DNA of 64,000 nt from Alphaproteobacteria bacterium. GTDB taxonomy: Bacteria > Pseudomonadota > Alphaproteobacteria > RF32 > CAG-239. Within the stretch, counting starts at the first letter, position 1, and each line of letters opens with the position of its first letter. The stretch is from the NCBI GenBank assembly GCA_044432975.1, contig JAWXUC010000001.1:148604-212603 (forward strand), read 5' to 3'. The position numbers were made by a program, and so were the translations under genes. Under the pieces are notes generated by a model that was given only the letters and a program-made list of their open reading frames with translations, was not told the origin of the DNA and ran no database searches. This document shows, in pieces, positions 1 to 9,710 of this stretch.

Positions 1-612
1 TTCATTTAATGTTTGATTATAAATTTCTTCAAAAATTTCAATTGATTTTTCTTTGTTTCCTGCTTTAAGTTGTGCAACAGCCAAAAACTCTCTGGCATTA
101 TCATACCAAGCATTATTTAAATTCAATAAAGGAGCTAATGTTTCTTCAACATCAGCCAAAGAGCCATTATCAACATAATGAGAAGCCAACATCATAATAG
201 CAACATCCTTGATTTGTGGCGCCACAGAATCATCTTTTGACAATGTTTCCAACTTAAGCACCGCACCTTCAGTTTTATTTTGCTCAATCAAAATATTAAC
301 TTCTTCAACAGATGCTAAATCTTTAACCAAACCACCTTTATTTTCAAGCTCATTTAATACAGAAATAGATTCTTCAAGATTATTACCTTCTTTTAAATTT
401 ATAGCATAAGTATATGTATCAACAATTTTCTGATTAGCTTGTGTCTTAAAATAAGAATACATTTCAATAACAATTGTAATCAACAATATAGAAGCCATTG
501 CAGTAATAAGATAAACACCATATTTATCCCATAATTTTTTTAAATTATCATTTTTTAAATCTTCTTCAATTTCTGTTATAAAACTATCTTTTTCTATTTT
601 ATTTTTTTTCAT
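1..612 (-). CDS. Partial YfgM-like protein: N-terminal membrane anchor plus TPR-like domain. The gene continues past the window start.
   Basis: Reverse-strand ATG at 612-610. The open frame runs to position 1 (204 codons) and is not in the ORF track because it has no in-window stop. Translation begins MKKNKIEKDSFITEIEEDLKNDNLKKLWDKYGVYLITAMASILLITIV, which is the anchor/TPR pattern of the YfgM family. Confidence 0.4.
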   Translation of the reverse strand, partial: MKKNKIEKDSFITEIEEDLKNDNLKKLWDKYGVYLITAMASILLITIVIEMYSYFKTQANQKIVDTYTYAINLKEGNNLEESISVLNELENKGGLVKDLASVEEVNILIEQNKTEGAVLKLETLSKDDSVAPQIKDVAIMMLASHYVDNGSLADVEETLAPLLNLNNAWYDNAREFLAVAQLKAGNKEKSIEIFEEIYNQTLNE

Positions 613-616
613 TAAA

Positions 617-1738
617 TTACTCCACAATTTTATTAATTAAAAACTTTTTAGCCCATCTTAAAGCATCTGATGGCATTTTTTTTGCAAATGTAATAAGATT
701 ATTATCAGAATAAATTGCAATAAAATGCCTGTCTGTTAATGGATTATAATCAATATTAACCGCTTTAATATCTTTTTTATTAATTTCTGTAACTTTTCTA
801 TTAAACAAAGCATATTTATCAACTTTAACAATTTTTTTCTTTTTAATCACAAGTTTATCTTTTTTTGCAAACACAAAAAAGCTAATTAAACCAATAAAAA
901 TTGCAATAAAAAATTCATTTATTAATAATAAAGCAATACAAATCAAACCAAAAATAACAAGCAAGAACATATTAAAAATATCAAACCAAAATTTTCTAGC
1001 TTTCAGCACATGCTTATCTTTAGTTCTAACCAAACTAATTTCTTCTGGAATGTAATCATAAGGATCATATTCATCTTTAATACTACCTGATTTTACTTTT
1101 GCAATCACAGAAGCTTCAAAATCTTTCACAGGTTTAACATCAACACCGCTTTCAGAAACCTCAATACAGTCAAGTTTTAACTCTTTTGCATATTCAATCC
1201 AAATTTTTCTAACATCTTTAGAATTTGTAGAAATATAAAGAGGAATATTTTTTTGATAATCTCTATGCACCAATTCAACAATATATTTATTTGTTGCCCA
1301 AAAACCAACTTGAGTGAATCTAACTCTTAAAATGACCCCAAGGTAAGCATCTAGATTTTCTGCAAAAATTCTTTTTTTACCCCAGATATTTCTATCGGTA
1401 TAAACAACCCTTTTCTTTTCCATTACAATTTTTCTATAGACCAACAAAGAAGACAAGGATCTAAAAACAACAAACAATCCCAATAAAATTATAATACAAT
1501 CAAATACTTCTAAGCTAACCAAAAAAGGAACAACATTTTTAGATTGCTCTAATTCATCAAAAACAGAAGAACTAGCAGCTCTGCTCAAACACAACTCCCA
1601 CACACCTAAAACAGACAAACAAACACCTAAAAACATTGTTAAAACAGATATTTTCCAAGGTTTCTTATCTGAAACTCTTCCCTCTTTTGCTTTCAAATTA
1701 AGCTTTAAGTTATAACTATAATATTCTTTTGCTTTCAT
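617..1738 (-). CDS. Hypothetical polytopic membrane protein of 373 aa. Two TM pairs are each followed by a soluble module, which suggests a bacterial-PH-like architecture.
   Basis: Long ORF lying 5 nt from the upstream gene on the same strand. Hydrophobic segments VLTMFLGVCLSVLGV, IIILLGLFVVF, FNMFLLVIFGLICIALLLI and FIAIFIGLISFFVF. No recognisable catalytic motif. Confidence 0.45.
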   Translation of the reverse strand: MKAKEYYSYNLKLNLKAKEGRVSDKKPWKISVLTMFLGVCLSVLGVWELCLSRAASSSVFDELEQSKNVVPFLVSLEVFDCIIILLGLFVVFRSLSSLLVYRKIVMEKKRVVYTDRNIWGKKRIFAENLDAYLGVILRVRFTQVGFWATNKYIVELVHRDYQKNIPLYISTNSKDVRKIWIEYAKELKLDCIEVSESGVDVKPVKDFEASVIAKVKSGSIKDEYDPYDYIPEEISLVRTKDKHVLKARKFWFDIFNMFLLVIFGLICIALLLINEFFIAIFIGLISFFVFAKKDKLVIKKKKIVKVDKYALFNRKVTEINKKDIKAVNIDYNPLTDRHFIAIYSDNNLITFAKKMPSDALRWAKKFLINKIVE

Positions 1739-1813
1739 ATCATTAAATTCCTTGAAGTTTTTTTATTTTAATATAATATAAGAGCATCAAAACACAAAAA
1801 AAGGATTTTGTAA

Positions 1814-2707
1814 ATGAAAATAAACACAAAAAAAACAACTTTTAAACTTTTTATTGTTTTAATAATCTTATCTGGAGGAAGCTATATATATTTAAATCCT
1901 CATTTAATTGAAAATATAAAACTACCTCAAACAACAAATAAAACAACACCATTAATAGAAGCAACTTTTCCTAATCAAGATATAGAAAGAATAAATCAAG
2001 ACATTTATAATCTTAAAAGAGAGCTTTCTCAAATACCAAATTTTAATCTTAAAGCAGACAGTGCAAATGTTGCAAATCTAGAAAACAACATATCTAGCTT
2101 AAAAAAAGAAATAGACATTCTTAAAGAAGAATTAAACACAGTTCGTAAACAAACAACTAAAAATTCCATCATCTTAACATCTGCAATAATGTTAAAAGAT
2201 GAAATTTTATCAAACAAACCTTTTAGCGCTCAAGCTTTTTTGTTAAACAACCTTATTAAAGAAGATGCTAAAAACGCAGAAAACGTTCAAACCATAAAAA
2301 CAACTTCTGCCGAGCAAATAAAATCAGACATAGAAATAATTGGCAACTTCAACCAAATTTACAATCAAATAAATAAAGAAGAAAAAGAAGCTTTTGAAGC
2401 AGCTAACCAAAGCACAATAAAAACAAAATTAGATTCTTTTATCAAACTAAAAAAGACAAACAATAAAAACAATGATTTTGTTGCAAATCAAGAACTAGAA
2501 ACCATAAAAATGCTTGTAGAAAACAAAAACTTTTTACAAGCCGTAAAAAATATCAAAAAAATCGACCATAACCATCAACAAATTAATGAAAAATTAAATG
2601 ATTGGATGAATAATGTTACAATAAGAGAAAATTTGTTAATGGCAATTGATAATGTTATTGCAAATAGTATCATAGCCATAAACTTAGAAGAATTTAACAA
2701 GGAGTAA
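1814..2707 (+). CDS. Membrane-anchored coiled-coil protein, HemX/alpha-Mic60-like.
   Basis: N-terminal TM (LFIVLIILSGGSYIYL) followed by long coiled-coil-prone sequence. It lies immediately upstream of a hemY-like gene, which is the conserved alphaproteobacterial neighbourhood of Mic60/HemX-like genes. Confidence 0.45.
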   Translation: MKINTKKTTFKLFIVLIILSGGSYIYLNPHLIENIKLPQTTNKTTPLIEATFPNQDIERINQDIYNLKRELSQIPNFNLKADSANVANLENNISSLKKEIDILKEELNTVRKQTTKNSIILTSAIMLKDEILSNKPFSAQAFLLNNLIKEDAKNAENVQTIKTTSAEQIKSDIEIIGNFNQIYNQINKEEKEAFEAANQSTIKTKLDSFIKLKKTNNKNNDFVANQELETIKMLVENKNFLQAVKNIKKIDHNHQQINEKLNDWMNNVTIRENLLMAIDNVIANSIIAINLEEFNKE

Positions 2708-2711
2708 TTTT

Positions 2712-4142
2712 ATGAACAAACGAATATCAAGCTTTATTTCAATCGGATTAATTTTCACCATAGTTATATGGATGATAGATAAACAATCTGTTGTAAGAAT
2801 TAATTTTATGGACAACACCTCAAAACTATCTTTACCAGAAGCAATGATTATTGTTTTAATTGCTGTTGTGGCTATCGACTTTATGACATCACTTGTAAAA
2901 AGATTGTTCATCAAACAACTTAAAGAAGCTTATAAAACATCTGTTTTAGATAAAAACACAGATGAAAGCGCAGCAATTGATGCTCTAGCTTCTAGAATTA
3001 CAGAAAAAATGGTTATTGATAGACAAGCTTTTGATGAGGCTATGCTCCTTGTATTAAAAGCTATGACTGCAATTACAGCTGGCGACATGATTGAAGCTAA
3101 AAATGTTATGAGAGCCTTAAAAAGAATTGTGGGCAATGACCCTATCTTAGATCTTTTACAAATGAAAATTTATAAAGGTGAAAAAGACTTTGATAAAATG
3201 AGCAAGTTGTCAAACAAATTAATGAAAAACCAAGATGTTCAAATGGTTGGTTTTAAAGCCGCTGTTGAATCTCAAATGCAAAAGAAAGAATTTGAAACAG
3301 CTCTTAAAACAGCAAACAAAGCTTTTGAACTTAGACAAGATTTATACTGGGTTATTGAAAGTGCATTTGAACTTAGAGCCAGAAACAACGACTGGGAAGG
3401 CGCAATGCAAGTATTTAATGCTGGCGTTAAAAAGAAAATTATCCCAGAAGCAAAACAACGTAGATTCAAATCTACTGTGTTATTTGAGCTTGCCAAACAA
3501 GCAAAAGAAAAAGAAGATGACACAAACTTCTTCAAACTTTGTTCACAAGCATTTGATACAGATAAAACTTTATCAATGGCAGCAATAGAACTTGCAAGAT
3601 ATTACGTTAAAGAAGATAATCAATATCGTAAAGCTGCAAACATCTTAACCACTGCATGGAAGAAAAACCCTATAGATTTAATTGCTTATGAATACTTAAA
3701 TTTATTTAACGATAAAACTGCAAAAGAAAAAATTGCAAGAATGGAAAAATTTGCATTCTTTAACGCAAAACGTCCTTCATTAAACAATCGTATTCTTGCA
3801 GAACTTTGTGCAGAACAAGGATTATGGCAAAAAGCCAAAGGAGAAATTGAAGTTTTCTTAATCAACAATCCTGCAACTCAAATTATTTGCGACTTAATAT
3901 CTAAGTTTGAAAAAGAATTCAACAAAGATAAAAAAGCTGCAAAAAAATGGGAAGAAAAAATTGCAACTTCAGCAGAAGACTCAAAATGGGTGTGTGCTAA
4001 CTGTCATTCAGAATATAATGGCTGGCAAGCAGTTTGCCCTCACTGTGGCACATTTGGCGAAACTAGATGGCACCTATACGTTGAAAAAGATCGTGATGAA
4101 AATGATTTTGATGACGACTTCACAGATGATGATAATGATTAA
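2712..4142 (+). CDS. HemY-like protein with two N-terminal TM helices, a TPR region and a C-terminal CxxC...CxxC zinc ribbon plus acidic tail.
   Basis: SD aaggag lies 8 nt upstream. TM helices FISIGLIFTIVIWMI and AMIIVLIAVVAIDFM. C-terminus reads WVCANCHSEYNGWQAVCPHCG followed by a D/E-rich tail. Confidence 0.5.
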   Translation: MNKRISSFISIGLIFTIVIWMIDKQSVVRINFMDNTSKLSLPEAMIIVLIAVVAIDFMTSLVKRLFIKQLKEAYKTSVLDKNTDESAAIDALASRITEKMVIDRQAFDEAMLLVLKAMTAITAGDMIEAKNVMRALKRIVGNDPILDLLQMKIYKGEKDFDKMSKLSNKLMKNQDVQMVGFKAAVESQMQKKEFETALKTANKAFELRQDLYWVIESAFELRARNNDWEGAMQVFNAGVKKKIIPEAKQRRFKSTVLFELAKQAKEKEDDTNFFKLCSQAFDTDKTLSMAAIELARYYVKEDNQYRKAANILTTAWKKNPIDLIAYEYLNLFNDKTAKEKIARMEKFAFFNAKRPSLNNRILAELCAEQGLWQKAKGEIEVFLINNPATQIICDLISKFEKEFNKDKKAAKKWEEKIATSAEDSKWVCANCHSEYNGWQAVCPHCGTFGETRWHLYVEKDRDENDFDDDFTDDDND

Positions 4143-4160
4143 TTATCAACCAACAAAAAA

Positions 4161-4189
4161 ACACTCGCTATTTAGCGAGTGTTTTTTTA
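4161..4189 (+). terminator. Rho-independent terminator downstream of the hemY-like gene.
   Basis: Hairpin acactcgctatttagcgagtgt followed by a T7 run. Confidence 0.6.
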
Positions 4190-4192
4190 TAA

Positions 4193-4354
4193 CTAGACCA
4201 TTTTACGAAAAGATAGAATATGCCTGTGAAGGATTTTGTTTTTTGAATTTATTTTTATTTATGAAGTGTAGTGGACTACAGTTTATAAATAAAAATAAAG
4301 AACAAAAAGCAAAAGACGAGCAAAGGGATTCTATCTTTTCGTAAAATGGTCTAG
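4193..4354. repeat. MITE/RPE-like palindromic element, copy 1 (about 162 bp, with about 27-bp terminal inverted repeats).
   Basis: Termini ctagaccattttacgaaaagatagaat ... attctatcttttcgtaaaatggtctag. The element is about 90% identical to the copy at 19169-19328. Confidence 0.7.
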
Positions 4355-4402
4355 AGGGCTTCACTAAAAGATATAGCTAATTGATTGTATTTTTGCTGAT
4401 TT

Positions 4403-4488
4403 GCAGGGGCGAACTGTGTTCGCCATCATTGCCACAAGGCAATGAAAAATAAAGATGTTTGCGTCGGGAGACCATAGGTCTCCCCTAC
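4403..4488. repeat. GC-rich multi-hairpin element, a diverged member of the GGGGACG-hairpin family.
   Basis: Sequence gcaggggcgaactgtgttcgcc ... attgccacaaggcaat ... gggagaccataggtctcccctac. The architecture (G-rich hairpin, AT spacer, G-rich hairpin, CCCCTAC) matches the elements at 35084 and 38031. Confidence 0.4.
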
Positions 4489-4539
4489 AGTTTTCAGTGC
4501 AAAATACAATCATTTATTATTAGATTAGCTATAAATTCT

Positions 4540-5790
4540 CTATATATTCTTCTTAAGCCAATTAAATATCCCAGACAAACCACCTGTAGCAGAAATTTTA
4601 GGAGCAGCCTTTATTGGTTTCTTTTCAGAATAACTAACAGCAAAACTCAACAAACCAACACAACTTGCAAACTCAGGAGTTTTTAACATCTCTGGCAAAG
4701 AAAATACATTTTTAGGAACACCTAATCTTATTTGCTTATCTAAGATTAATTGTGCCACTTCAGAAATACCAGAAAGCTGAGATGTTCCACCAGTTAAAAT
4801 AACTCTATGAGAACTAATATCTTTAAGCCCATTTGCCTCTAAATGTTTGTTAACAATCTCAAAAATCTCTTCAACTCTTGATGCAATAATATTAATAAGC
4901 TCTTCTTTTGCAACCTGCTTAATAGAACTATCATCTTCTTGCCCAACAGGATAAATATTTAAAATTTCATTTTTATCTTCCATAGTTAAAAAAGCACAAC
5001 CATGAAGTGTCTTTAATCTTTCTGCATGCGCAAAAGAGGTTGTTAAACCATAAGCAATATCATTTGTAATATTAACACCACCGACAGGAATTGATGCAAA
5101 ATAAGTAGGAAAACCTCCCTTAAATATTGCAATAGAAGTTGTCCCTCCACCAATATCAACAACAGTAGCACCATACTCTTTTTCTTCTTCTGTAATACAA
5201 GCCAAAGCAGAAGCATAAGGACTAAATGCAGAAGATGCCATTTCTAAATGAGAATGCTCTAAAACTGTATTTATATTTCTAAACACAATATAAGGAACCA
5301 TCCCTAACAAAATATCAACAGATAATGTTTCTCCATATATATTAATCGGATTCTTAATAGTCTCTTGAGAGTCTAAACGATATTGAGTTGACATACAATG
5401 AACAAGTTCCATCCCCTCAAAATTAACCTTATTAATACCTTTATCGATAACCTTTTTTGTATCAACATCGCTAACAGGTTTATTTTTATTAAGAGCAATT
5501 GCAGAATTTTTTATTAAACTTTTAATTTTATCAGAATTAACATTTACAATTAATCTTTCAATTCTTTCATTTGCCATTTGTTCTGCGCTTTCAACTGCAT
5601 CACAAACACTTTTTGTCGCCAAATTAAGATCAACAATAACACCGTTTTTTATTCCCTTAGAGGCATTGTAACCATAACCAACAATATTAAATTTTCTATC
5701 TCTAGAAAATCTAGCTATTAAGCAACAAACTTTAGAAGAACCAATATCTAAAGCAGCCAATGTTGTAGATTTACCAAAAGAGTAATTCAC
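4540..5790 (-). CDS. ftsA: Cell division protein FtsA.
   Basis: 416 aa with actin-like ATPase motifs ([29 protein letters not shown]). Lies directly downstream of ftsQ. Confidence 0.9.
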   Translation of the reverse strand: MNYSFGKSTTLAALDIGSSKVCCLIARFSRDRKFNIVGYGYNASKGIKNGVIVDLNLATKSVCDAVESAEQMANERIERLIVNVNSDKIKSLIKNSAIALNKNKPVSDVDTKKVIDKGINKVNFEGMELVHCMSTQYRLDSQETIKNPINIYGETLSVDILLGMVPYIVFRNINTVLEHSHLEMASSAFSPYASALACITEEEKEYGATVVDIGGGTTSIAIFKGGFPTYFASIPVGGVNITNDIAYGLTTSFAHAERLKTLHGCAFLTMEDKNEILNIYPVGQEDDSSIKQVAKEELINIIASRVEEIFEIVNKHLEANGLKDISSHRVILTGGTSQLSGISEVAQLILDKQIRLGVPKNVFSLPEMLKTPEFASCVGLLSFAVSYSEKKPIKAAPKISATGGLSGIFNWLKKNI

Positions 5791-6608
5791 GCTTTTATTT
5801 CCTTTACTTTATTTGTTAATATATCTTTATCTAGCTTAAATATAACCTTATTATCAAATCTTAAATCAATAATAGTTAACGGACGCTTAAGAATCCCATG
5901 AGTTGTATTTAATTTTATCAATTTTTTCCAAGAACTTTCAACTTCAGCTTCAGGAAGTTTTATTATTTTCCCATTCTTTATATCGTCTAAAATAACATTC
6001 CATCTCCTGTTAGAGATATATTGTAAAGCCTTAACTCTTGAAAAAAGATGTTTATTTATCTTCAATATTTTCAATATTGCACTAACATTTTTTTCTCCAT
6101 TTTTTCCCGTAACAACAATATATTCTTTATGAGGAGAAAAACTAGCATTAATAAACTCTCCCTTTTCATCCAAAGGATGAAAAAGATTATCTTTCTGAAA
6201 CAAAGCAATAACTTCTTTTTCTTTAATATTAATTTCTAAAACATTTGGAATATATCTTTTTTTAACATCAACGCTTTTAATCCACGCAAACTCTTTTAAC
6301 TTGTTTTCAATTTGCTCTTCATCAATTGCCAAAAAACTAGAATCAGCATTTAAATTTAACACATTTAATACATCTTCTTTAGAAACATTATAACGCCCCT
6401 CTATCACAATTTCATCAAGTGTTAAATTAAATTTTTTAGAATATTCATACCAATCATCTCTAAACGATTCTATCTGTTTTGTAAAAAGATTATCTTTAAT
6501 AATAACACACAAACAAAGCATAATAAAAATTAATAACAAAACAAAAAAATGTCCTATTAAGTTATAATGCCAAGTAGATTTAATTTGCGCAATATTATTT
6601 GACGCCAA
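5787..6608 (-). CDS. ftsQ: Cell division protein FtsQ.
   Basis: 273 aa with an N-terminal TM followed by a POTRA-like region. Overlaps the ftsA start by 4 nt and sits downstream of murB. Confidence 0.75.
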   Translation of the reverse strand: MASNNIAQIKSTWHYNLIGHFFVLLLIFIMLCLCVIIKDNLFTKQIESFRDDWYEYSKKFNLTLDEIVIEGRYNVSKEDVLNVLNLNADSSFLAIDEEQIENKLKEFAWIKSVDVKKRYIPNVLEINIKEKEVIALFQKDNLFHPLDEKGEFINASFSPHKEYIVVTGKNGEKNVSAILKILKINKHLFSRVKALQYISNRRWNVILDDIKNGKIIKLPEAEVESSWKKLIKLNTTHGILKRPLTIIDLRFDNKVIFKLDKDILTNKVKEIKA

Positions 6609-7512
6609 CTCTTTTAACCTCCCACTCTAAAACAACACCAGACTTCTCTTTAACCTTGCTTATAATTTCTTCACCTAAAGTTTCAATATCATCTGCAGTA
6701 GCTTTACCTGTATTAATCAAGAAATTACAATGCTTTTCAGAAACCTTTGCACCACCAATATTAAGATTTTCACACCCTGCTTTTTTAATCAATTCCCAAG
6801 CTCTTAAACCTTCAGGATTCTTAAATGTTGACCCCGCTGTTTTTTGGTTATGAGGTTGTTTTTCAAGACGATAACGTTTATGTTCATCAATAACCGCTAA
6901 AATATCTTCTCTTTTCTTATATTCTTTTCTAAAAGTTATAGAAACAACAATCCAGTGATCAGGAAACATTGATGTTCGATAACCAAGTTTTAAATCACTC
7001 AAAGAAATATTTCTTATCTCTCCAGTTTCATCAATAATTTTAGCTCCAACAATAAAATCAGAAACACTAGAACCAAAACAACCTGCATTTGTTCTAACAG
7101 AACCACCAACAAAACCAGGAATAGAACACAAGAATTCTAATCCGCCAATTTCTTCTTCAAGCAAAGTTTTCTTTAACAACGCATTAGGCATTCCAGCCCC
7201 TAAAGTTATAGATGTTTCATCTATTTCAACTTTTTTAAAAGCAGAAGATGAAAGTCTTATAACAACTCCCATTATTCCACCATCTCTAACCAATAAGTTA
7301 GAACCACCACCAATTAAAAAAAACGGAATATTCTGAGGTCTATTTTGCATAAAAAAGCTCAAATCTTCAACATCACAAGGCTCATAAAAAACCTCTGCAG
7401 GACCACCAACTCCAAACCAAGTATAACGTGAAAGCTTAACATTAGAAGTATATTTTCCCCTAACTTTAGGCAATGTTTTTATCAACGATGATTTATTAAA
7501 AATATTAAACAT
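6595..7512 (-). CDS. murB: UDP-N-acetylenolpyruvoylglucosamine reductase MurB.
   Basis: FAD-binding motif WFGVGGPAEVFYEP, with SIPG and GGA(K)VSEKHCNF motifs. The likely start is the Met 2 nt after the murG stop. Confidence 0.85.
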   Translation of the reverse strand: MFNIFNKSSLIKTLPKVRGKYTSNVKLSRYTWFGVGGPAEVFYEPCDVEDLSFFMQNRPQNIPFFLIGGGSNLLVRDGGIMGVVIRLSSSAFKKVEIDETSITLGAGMPNALLKKTLLEEEIGGLEFLCSIPGFVGGSVRTNAGCFGSSVSDFIVGAKIIDETGEIRNISLSDLKLGYRTSMFPDHWIVVSITFRKEYKKREDILAVIDEHKRYRLEKQPHNQKTAGSTFKNPEGLRAWELIKKAGCENLNIGGAKVSEKHCNFLINTGKATADDIETLGEEIISKVKEKSGVVLEWEVKRVGVK

Positions 7513-8584
7513 CAAGAATCTCCTTTTCAATAGCTTTCTTAAATAATTTACTACTATCAACAATTGCTTCTTTATATGCAAGCTTGCTCCATAACTTTAA
7601 CTTTTTATCATCTTCTATAAACTCTGTTAAAAATTCTTTTATTTTAGAAACCTTAAAATCTTTTTGCTTAAAAATATAAGAACAATTTTTTAAAGTTAAA
7701 GCATTTGAAGACTGATGATCATCTGCACTTGTTGGTAATGGCACCAAAACAGAAGCTCTACCAACGGTCGCAATTTCAAAAACAGAAGATGCCCCTGTTC
7801 TAGAAATTATTAAATTTGCTTGTTTATAAAGCTCTGGCATGTTCTCAAAAAATGAAGATATTTCAACTTCAACATCTGTCTTATCATAAATATTTTTTGC
7901 ACCTTCAATATCATCTTTTCTAACTTGAGTAACAATCCTTAATTTTTCTTGATTTTCTTTTGAAAGTGCTACTACAGCTTTAGGAACAACATCAGAAAAA
8001 ATCTTAGCCCCCTGAGAACCACCCAAAATTAAAACATTTAACTTTTTATCTTTTTTATAAGAACTATTTTTAATTTTTAATATTTCATCTCTAACAGGCA
8101 GCCCCACCAAAACACTTTTATCTTCAGGCGCAAACTTTGTGTTCTTAAAACTCAAAGCTATTAATTTTGCATGCCTAGATAAAATTCTATTAGTTCTACT
8201 CATTACAGAGTTTTGCTCATGTATAACTAAATCAACACCCATAAGAATTGCCGCACAACAAGTCGGAAAAGCAGCATAACCACCAAAGCCAACAACACAT
8301 TTAGGTTTTAATTTCCACAAATAATAACAAGCTTGCAAAACTCCAAAACCAGTTTTAAACAAACTTTTTAATTTAAACAGTTTTGATTTTCCAACCAAAG
8401 CACCACAAAAAACACAATAGTTTGGAATTTTTGATAACTCCCCTTTGTAGTTACTTTGCCCACGAGAATCTGTAATCAAAGCTAATTCATATTTTGCTTT
8501 CTTTAATTCTTCTGCCAAAGCCTGAGCTGGATATACATGCCCTCCAGACCCCCCTGCTGTTAAAATAATCAAACTCTTTTTAGT
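7505..8584 (-). CDS. murG: UDP-GlcNAc:lipid I GlcNAc transferase MurG.
   Basis: MTKKSLIILTAGGSGGHVYPAQALAEEL is the glycosyltransferase-28 N-terminal motif. Lies between ftsW and murB. Confidence 0.9.
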   Translation of the reverse strand, partial: TKKSLIILTAGGSGGHVYPAQALAEELKKAKYELALITDSRGQSNYKGELSKIPNYCVFCGALVGKSKLFKLKSLFKTGFGVLQACYYLWKLKPKCVVGFGGYAAFPTCCAAILMGVDLVIHEQNSVMSRTNRILSRHAKLIALSFKNTKFAPEDKSVLVGLPVRDEILKIKNSSYKKDKKLNVLILGGSQGAKIFSDVVPKAVVALSKENQEKLRIVTQVRKDDIEGAKNIYDKTDVEVEISSFFENMPELYKQANLIISRTGASSVFEIATVGRASVLVPLPTSADDHQSSNALTLKNCSYIFKQKDFKVSKIKEFLTEFIEDDKKLKLWSKLAYKEAIVDSSKLFKKAIEKEILDV

Positions 8585-9710
8585 CATAATCTCTATCCTC
8601 CGCGTGAACATTCTTTCTAGTAATCGCAAGCAACATCCCCAGCAAAATAGATGTCGCTAACAATGATGATCCTCCATAAGAGATAAACGGCAAAGCCATC
8701 CCTTTTGTCGGCATCAAATGAAGAGTTGATGCCATATTAATAATACCTTGCAAACCAAAAGAAGCAGCCAAGCCAGATGACGTCAACACAATAAACAAAT
8801 TTTTATCCTTAAGAGAAACCAACATAGTCTTTGCTACAATAAAAGCAAAAATTGCAATAATAAGTACGCACAATAAAACCCCAAATTCTTCTCCAGCAAC
8901 TGCAAAAATAAAATCTGTATGCGCATCAGGAATTTTAAGCTTAACGATTCCCTCTCCAGGTCCGCGACCAAAAAAAGAACCACTTTCAAAAGCTTCTAAA
9001 GAAAGTTTAACCTGATATCCCAAATTGTTTTCACTACTTAAAAACTGATCAACTCTTTCATGAACATGAGAAAAAGTAAAATAAGCAAAAACCAAAATAG
9101 CTAAAAACAATCCTCCTAAAGCCAAAATAAATGCAATACTTAAGCCCGCTAAAAAAAACTGAAACCCCCAAACTAAAGTAACAACTATTGTCATTCCAAC
9201 ATCTGGCTGCAACAACAACAAAACAACAGTTAAACCATAAAAACCAATAGATAAATAATTACCAGGAAAGCTATTAGCTTTTTTTTGCATATCAAACAAC
9301 CAAGCAGCCACAACCACAAAAAATGGTTTTACAAACTCTGATGGCTGAATAGAAATCAAACCCAAATCAAGCCACCTTGAAGCCCCTTTAGTATCCATTC
9401 CAAAAAACAAAGTAGCAATCATCAAACAAATTGCTCCCACATATCCCAAAAAAGCAAAACGTCTAATTGTCCTTAAACTCTGCATAGAAATCAATAACAT
9501 TAAACCATAAGCAACAAAAGCAAAAACAATTTGTTTTTTTACAAAATGAAAACTTCCAACATCTATTCTGGTAGCAACAGAAGGAGATGCTGTAAATATT
9601 AAAGACACGCCAATAATTAAAAGACTTGTAATTGCAATCAAAAGCTTATGATCTACAGTCCACCACCAATTTGCTAAAATATTTCTAGAGTGTCTTTGTA
9701 GCAATTTCAT
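8580..9710 (-). CDS. ftsW: SEDS-family lipid II flippase/polymerase FtsW.
   Basis: Ten-TM SEDS protein between mraY and murG. The start Met directly abuts the mraY stop. Confidence 0.8.
   Translation of the reverse strand: MKLLQRHSRNILANWWWTVDHKLLIAITSLLIIGVSLIFTASPSVATRIDVGSFHFVKKQIVFAFVAYGLMLLISMQSLRTIRRFAFLGYVGAICLMIATLFFGMDTKGASRWLDLGLISIQPSEFVKPFFVVVAAWLFDMQKKANSFPGNYLSIGFYGLTVVLLLLQPDVGMTIVVTLVWGFQFFLAGLSIAFILALGGLFLAILVFAYFTFSHVHERVDQFLSSENNLGYQVKLSLEAFESGSFFGRGPGEGIVKLKIPDAHTDFIFAVAGEEFGVLLCVLIIAIFAFIVAKTMLVSLKDKNLFIVLTSSGLAASFGLQGIINMASTLHLMPTKGMALPFISYGGSSLLATSILLGMLLAITRKNVHAEDRDYD

Noticed and set aside
209-409. A 66-aa plus-strand ORF at the window start
   Set aside because: It lies antisense inside the longer edge-truncated minus-strand YfgM-like gene.
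3907-4344. The 145-aa plus-strand ORF, and likewise the 103-aa ORF at 19008-19319, which end with nearly identical peptides (...FYEKIEY.CE.FCFLNL.LF.KCSGLQFINK...)
   Set aside because: The shared C-termini are translations of the MITE-like repeat, not a conserved protein. ORF 3907-4344 overlaps the hemY-like gene and its terminator in another frame.
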